NCBI GenBank assembly: GCA_052327205.1
Contig: CM126226.1
Span: 40,238,001 to 40,302,000 of the forward strand
Length of the DNA: 64,000 nucleotides
DNA from: Somniosus microcephalus
Lineage: Eukaryota
Direction of reading: 5' to 3'
The translations under genes and the position numbers were made by a program. This document shows positions 60,171-64,000 of this stretch, one piece after another. The notes under the pieces were generated by a model. It was given only the letters and a program-made list of their open reading frames with translations, was not told where the DNA came from and made no database searches. Numbering within the stretch: position 1 is the stretch's first letter; each line of letters starts with the position of its first letter.

Positions 60171-61214
60171 AGAGGGGGGGGGGGGGTGCAGATGAGTGCT
60201 TCAAAACTCTTAAACAATGCCAAATGTAGGGTCATCTAGGAGTTGAAACTGGTTTTAAATCAATAGTTGTTCACACTGTAAAAGTTACAGTTAGGAATTT
60301 TTTTGTACCAACATGCCATATATCAAATGTTCTGTGCTAATCTTACAACTCTGAAATGGTCAAACTCTTTGGGGTTTATTTCTATTACTTTTCAATTAAA
60401 GGTATATTTCATTCATACACATTTTACATACAGCTATAAAGTAACGACACAGCTATAATGTAACGACAATCAAAATATTTTTCACTTTCAAAAAAGTAGT
60501 CTCGTATATTTTTAAGCATAGGACGGTATTAAACTTGAACTTGTAAATACACGTGTCAAACTATTTTTTGTTTCTCTACGTCCATAATATTTGGATCTCT
60601 CATCCACTCCCTTTCTCATTATCAATTATACTTCTGATCGTTAGTTCATTATTTGTATGTGGTAAAATACAAACACATGAGATACTCTGTCAGGTCTACC
60701 ACTGGTCGAATAACATTTCTATTGAACATTTTTCTTCTACTTTATCCTAAATAGAAGCAGAATAGAGTCAACTGGTGAAAGATATTGGTCTGGCTAATAG
60801 CCCCTGTAGCATGGCTACCAAATCAAAGGGTCCCATGGCTAAGCTTCCTAGGTTTTTCATAAACAGCCACAAATTTGAATGTGTTATCTTTTATTCTTCA
60901 CCAACTCCCTCCCCCACTCTGCACCACCATTACTACAAAGACTACTACCGGGGTCACTATAAATCCGCCTTAAGCTCAGCAGTAAATTCTTTGCACAAAT
61001 GGTTTTCTGCCATTTTACTCTTCACATCTGGTAAACAGAACAGTTTCTATGTCCTCTTGTTTACCCTACCGACACAATTTACATCCTATGATTTTTTTTA
61101 AATGAACAAACAAGCAATACTTTAAAGGATAAATTGTTCAATTCAGAGTTTTAAAAATAATATTTAACACACAAACAATTAATTACTAAGGATGAAAGTA
61201 TTTTGTTTCAAAAC

Positions 61215-61640
61215 ACGTTCCTTCTCCAGTTTTTGCCCTTTTTGTCCTAAAGGTGCTGACTGGGGCTAGGATACAGTTCCATGATTTATATCAACCCTCT
61301 AGTACCTTGCCCAAGTGACAATTTTTCTAGTGTGTTTCCAAAAAGTGACCATCGGTGAGCTATTTGAAAGTAAGGCACATTACAACCAAGCCAAATCCTG
61401 CCTTCATCCAATATTTGAAACTGGGGTTGCTGGATAGTCATAAGGAGCGGGAACCTGACCAATATGTCTGTAGACACTGAGGCCAACAGCAGTGCACTCC
61501 CTCTACCCCACCTGACTGCATCAACTGAGATCAGGTAACTCTGCACCAACAAGGATCAAACCTAGGATTTCTTGGTCTAGATGGCTCTGTATCAAAGTAC
61601 TTGGTGTATTGCCATTTAGCAATCGGTGAGCCAACAATAG
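61215..61640 (-). repeat. Old SINE family A, near full length
   Basis: Reverse complement gagccatctagaccaagaaatcctaggtttgatcc...ttggcctcagtg...ggttcccgctcct...ggcttggttgtaatg...cacttgggcaaggtactagaggg. Confidence 0.65.
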
Positions 61641-61739
61641 CTTTTTTGCAGACCTATACAAAATTAACAAAAATCTCACACACTGATTCTTTTACGAAAC
61701 ACTCAATATGGGCATTAATTTTTATGCCCACTTTTTCCT

Positions 61740-61980
61740 CTCGTCTATTTCTCCCTCTCTTTGCCCCACCACTGGCGGCCATGCCTTTAGGCACCTAGGC
61801 CCAATACTTTAGAATTCCCTCTCTAAACCCCTTCACCCTCCTTAAAACCCACCTCTTTGACCAAGTTTTTCGTTACCGCTCCTAATATCTCCTTGGGCTC
61901 GCTGTATAGGTTTTCCTTTTGCCTCTGTGAAGAGCCTGAAGACATTTTTCTACGCTATATAAATGCAAGTTGTTATTGTT
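61740..61980 (+). repeat. L2 LINE 3' end
   Basis: ccaccactggcggccatgccttt...ccttaaaacccacctctttgaccaag...cgctatataaatgcaagttgtt. Confidence 0.75.
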
Positions 61981-63481
61981 ATATTAATGCATTTATTGGG
62001 ACAAGCAGAAATTAGATAAAAGTATACGGATTGACATTCCGGTGGTTGGGGGCACGGAAAGCAGGCACATTGCCCATCGGTGGTGGGGGGTGGGGGGCTG
62101 GAATTTTAAAAAAACTTTTTAAAATCCCATATAAAATCAGAAAAGAATTATTAAGTGTACAAGTCTTGTTGATTTTTTTTGTAATAATGAATTCCAACCA
62201 ACCCCACCTTTACCTGAAAAAAATATAGTATTTGTGTTTCCAACTGTACTGTATATATTTTTAATTAAAAAATGTAAATGTATAGCTCTATCCAAACTAT
62301 AGCACTATGGGCAATACCTAAAGTATGCTGAGCTTCCTGACTAATCATCACTTTGTCGTAATGCAAGACAAGTTTCAACTGGGTCTTTTAAAAAGATATG
62401 CCTCCCTTAGTTCAGTCGGTCAATCTGCAACAGACTTTTTTGCAGCCAACATCATCTCAAAATAATCTGATGAGATTTGGGATTAATAGGTACTGGTATC
62501 AACGAGATAAATGTACAGAGTAATACGGTGAGTGCACGCTAGCACATGCCCCAACAATGTACTTTGTTGATGGTGAAACTTGAGCAAGCATTTGTTATCT
62601 GGCCGCAAGATTGAGATGGAAAACATCAAGAAATTTAATCTAGTCCAATGCAGCATTGCAATACTTACACCGAATGCTATCAATTAGACTTGTAAATGAG
62701 TCCATTAAAGGTAGGTTCCTTAATGCAACACTTTTTTGTGAATGGATTCTTCAAAGAAAATCAACTGTTGGTGTTCAATATCAACTTATTGTTCTGAGCA
62801 GAATCATAAAACATTGCTCATTTTGCAGTTTGTCCTGTTTAGTGTGCATTTTCCTATTCAGCATCAGTAATATTGGAACAAATCCTTAATAACAAGTTAC
62901 AGTAAATGTATTTAGTAGCAGCTGATACAGAAATGGGTTTGAAGACCTTATGAGCATCGCTGAAAAGCTTCTCACAATATTTAAAGATAGAAAAGTAGCA
63001 GCGTTACTGTACACAATTTGAACATAAAAATATGTTGCTTTCATCTTAAGGATTTCAGTCTCTTAAAAATTCTTGCCCTTTATTGAAAATCTATTGAAAA
63101 CGTACCACATAACATCTGTACTTTGCAATTGTCCATGGCTTACTTTGAAAGAGCTATATATGGCTCAGCTTTACAATCCATTGAAACTATAGTCTACATA
63201 AACACATACCATATCTTAAACTCAGCACAGAAATCCAAAGGATCACATTCACCGAGGCCTAGATGGCAAGAGCAATTTTTCATCAAATAGCGCTTACCAG
63301 GAATTAGTGTAACATGTCATCAAAAAAAGTATGGATTTTATGTTTTTAATGCTAAAATATTGAAGAAGAGTCAATTTACTGTACAGATATTTGCCTCCCA
63401 GATTATGTTTACATCATAAAACATTTAACTTGTCACCTTACAATATGCTGTAAAACTTGACTAAACTTGTTAGTACAATAA

Positions 63482-63805
63482 GGGGGGCACGGTGGCATAG
63501 TGGTTAGCACTGTTGCCTCACAGCGCCAGGGACCCGGGTTCAAATCTGGCCTCGGGCGACTGTCTGTGTGGAGTTTGCACATTCTCCCTGTGTCTGCGTG
63601 GGTTTCCTCCGGGTGCTCCGGTTTCCTCCCACAGTCCAAAGATGTGCAGGTTAGGTTGATTTGGCTATGATAAATTGACCCTTAGTGTTAGGGGATTAAA
63701 TACGTGGGGTTACGGGGATGGGGTGGGATATGTGTCGGTGCAGGCTCGATGGGCCGAAATGGCCTCTATCTGCACTGTAGATTCTGTGATTCTGTGATTC
63801 TGTGA
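63482..63805 (+). repeat. HE1-type V-SINE, full length
   Basis: A box tggcatagtgg; B box ggttcaaatc; V-domain; tail gatgggccgaaatggcct...(attctgtg)3. Confidence 0.93.
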
Positions 63806-64000
63806 ATATAAAAACCCAATACTGACTGGTTTTGGACAAATATTTTCAGGCCATATTCTACTATCTTACTAGTCATATTACTAACCAGGGAAAAGATTAA
63901 CCGGTTTTAAAATGACCATTGTCGTTCGACACAGTACTGTTCCAATAAAACTCAATTGTGATTTAAAAATAAAAAGATTTTTAAACAGTTTGACCATAAA

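Noticed and set aside
60430-60468. 19-bp tandem duplication acagctataa(a/t)gtaacgac
   Set aside because: Simple local duplication with no supporting context.
63482-63560. tRNA gene
   Set aside because: The A/B boxes belong to a SINE head continuing into the V-domain and tail; the same applies at 33434.

Overview
Eukaryotic, AT-rich, essentially non-coding vertebrate DNA, almost certainly a shark or other elasmobranch. That call rests on the repeat set: HE1-type V-SINEs with their CR1 partner tail, DeuSINE/SacSINE-type elements, Penelope pLTRs and GC-rich PIF/Harbinger MITEs. No host protein-coding exon can be supported; every long ORF is transposon-derived. The first ~24.7 kb is a dense, multiply nested TE field. 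It holds a 4.3-kb CR1 that splits a DeuSINE and itself carries two Penelope insertions, one with a minimal hammerhead ribozyme core. It also holds a Tigger-like MITE inside a foldback MITE, and an old SINE stretched to ~7 kb by a Harbinger MITE (holding an internally deleted Gypsy LTR element) and a second CR1-group LINE (holding a Rex1/Babar LINE). The remaining ~39 kb is TE-poorer. It contains a Harbinger remnant with a Myb/SANT domain, several enhancer-like blocks, two candidate short first exons and a candidate minus-strand recursive splice site. This fits a large intron or regulatory desert of an unidentified gene. The most unusual signals are (i) dispersed Penelope-derived hammerhead cassettes, several in coding-free inverted form, (ii) Harbinger MITEs built as arrays of local hairpins with matched changes on both arms, one carrying a CRE palindrome next to an X-box, and (iii) the CAG|GTAAG site at 53951. 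Repeat family names come from recalled consensus similarity, not from a database search.
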